Below are positions 62,343-64,000 of a stretch of DNA of 64,000 nucleotides, in pieces. This stretch comes from Callorhinchus milii (taxonomy: Eukaryota), in NCBI RefSeq assembly GCF_018977255.1, contig NW_024704742.1, positions 103,480,001 to 103,544,000 on the forward strand, given 5' to 3'. Under the pieces are notes generated by a model. That model made no database searches. It was not told the origin of the DNA and saw nothing but the letters and a program-made list of their open reading frames with translations. The position numbers and the translations under genes are program-made. The first letter of the stretch is position 1. Every line of letters begins with the position of its first letter.

Positions 62343-63725
62343 CAACAACAACAACAACTTGCATTTATATAGCGCCCCTTATGAAGCGTAGCACCCCAGG
62401 GCACTTAACAGGGGTGGAGGACGTCTCTAACCTCGGGGGAGAGGGAGGTGACTGTAGGCACAAGGGGCATGCAGAAATCCAGAGCCAGTCGAGCTGAGGC
62501 AGTGGTTGTGGGTTGGGGTGTAAGCAGGTTGGAGAGATAGGAAGGTGCCAGGGCATGAAGGGATTTGAAAACAAGTGCGAAAATCTTGAAATCGACCCAT
62601 TCGATGATGGGGAGCCAGTGGAGCTTGGCTTGAACTGGTGTGATAGGGGTATGGAGTTTAGTATGGGTGAGTATGCGGATGACGGAGTTTTGGATCAGTT
62701 GGATCCTGTGCGTGGTGGAGCTGGGGAGATCGGTGAAGAGGGCATTTGAGAAGTCCAGTCGGGAGGTGACAATCACATGGATCAGTGTTTCGGCTGCGTC
62801 CGGGTAAGGTACTGTCAGAGGTGGGCAATCTGGCGGAGATGGAGGAAGGTGGTGCTGGTCAGGGACCAGGTGTGGAGAAGGAAGAACAGCTGTGGATCGA
62901 ACCTGACGCCTAGGTTGTGCACCGGTTCGGTAAGTCTGAGGCAGGGACTTTGAGGAGTTCAGAGCCCCAGGATAGAAGTCATTGATCGGACCTAATGAGT
63001 ATGGCTTCCGTCTTGTCAACATTTAGTTGTGGGAAGGTTTCGCTCATCCAGACCCTGATTTCTGCTAGACAAGCCAAGAGGATATCAGCGGACCTGAAGT
63101 CACAGCTGGAGGAGGAGAAGTAGATTTGTGTGTCATCCTCATACACGTGGAGGTTTACCCCTTGTTGGTGGATGACATCGCCAAGAGGGAGCATGTAGAT
63201 GAGGAAGAAGAGGGGGCAAAGGATGGAGTCCTGGGGTACATCAAAGGTGCCCAGGCAGGGGCGGGAGGAGAAACTGTTTGAAGAGATAAAGTGAAGGCGG
63301 TTTGGTAGGTAGGACTCAAACCATGTGAGTGTGGTCCTAATGAGGTAGATGAGGGAGTAGAGCCAGTGGATGAGGATGGCATGGTTGACTGTGTCAAACA
63401 CGACGGAGAGATCCAGGAGGACGAGGAGGCAGAGGGTGCCCTGGTCACAGATAGAGAGGATGTTGTTTGTGACCTTGATAAGCGCTGTCTCTGTGCTGTG
63501 GGCAGCGCGAAAACCAGACTGTAGGGGCTCAAGGAGGGAATAGAGGGAGAGGTGGGAGCAAAGCTGGTTAGCGACAATGCATTCCAGAGCTTAGGCAAGG
63601 AAGGGCAGGTAGGAAATCGGTTGGTAATTTCTGAGGTTGGAGGGGTCAAGGGTGATTTTTTTTGAGGAGTGGGATGATGACAGCAGTTTTACGGGTTAAG
63701 CAGAGGGAATGGCTGTGGCAGGAGG
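62343..63725 (-). mobile_element. Degenerate L2 LINE (RT region to 3' end)
   Basis: FDTVNHAIL, DVPQDSILCP, HVYEDDTQIY, QLNVDKTEAIL, SRLDFSNALF, LHWLPII; CAA tail at 62343-62358. Confidence 0.9.
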
Positions 63726-64000
63726 TAACAGAAGTAGGGTAATTGGAGGCGGTGGAGGGATTTGAAAGTGAGAATAAGGATCACCTCACTAAATGGGTTT
63801 AGTGCTCAATGTCTAAGCTCAATTAATGTTCCCACAATCCCAAGGAATTCCGATCAAACTGTGAGGTTCAATAGAACAGTAGAAACTGATCCAAGGAATC
63901 CAAAAAACTTCAGGCATTGTGTCAGAGTAAGGCAGCAAACATCCACCCACTGGGAAGAGATTATTAATAAATCTGAAGCATCAAAGAGACCAGAGAGCTA

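Noticed and set aside
1..64000. CRISPR array, operon or prokaryotic defence-like system
   Set aside because: Sequence is intron-containing vertebrate DNA; recurring motifs are dispersed SINE/LINE tails, not regularly spaced repeats with spacers.

Overview
Vertebrate genomic DNA, most likely a cartilaginous fish (holocephalan/chimaera-like; inferred from the SINE and LINE families, not proven). The only host gene is the 5' part of KCNN2 (SK2/KCa2.2 small-conductance Ca2+-activated K+ channel) on the minus strand. It has a large CpG-island coding exon (8632-7562) carrying the long SK2-L N-terminus and the internal SK2-S start, and a 96-nt second coding exon (6642-6547); later exons lie left of the window. 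The remaining ~54 kb upstream is AT-rich and filled with L2 and CR1 LINE fragments, a young tRNA(Ala)-derived Deu-type SINE, an older SacSINE1-like SINE, a Tx1/L1-like 3' fragment and a TIR-bounded dispersed repeat. I see no evidence of a new multi-gene system. The most promising unexplained signals are: (i) a chain of phase-1-compatible candidate upstream KCNN2 exons (49204-49395/49402, 9016-9231, acceptor at 8661) that could extend or switch off the SK2-L N-terminus; (ii) a consensus RE1/NRSE site at 16499-16519; (iii) promoter motifs superimposed on the SK2-L start codons; (iv) candidate CTCF sites. Repeat boundaries and family names were assigned by eye and are approximate.
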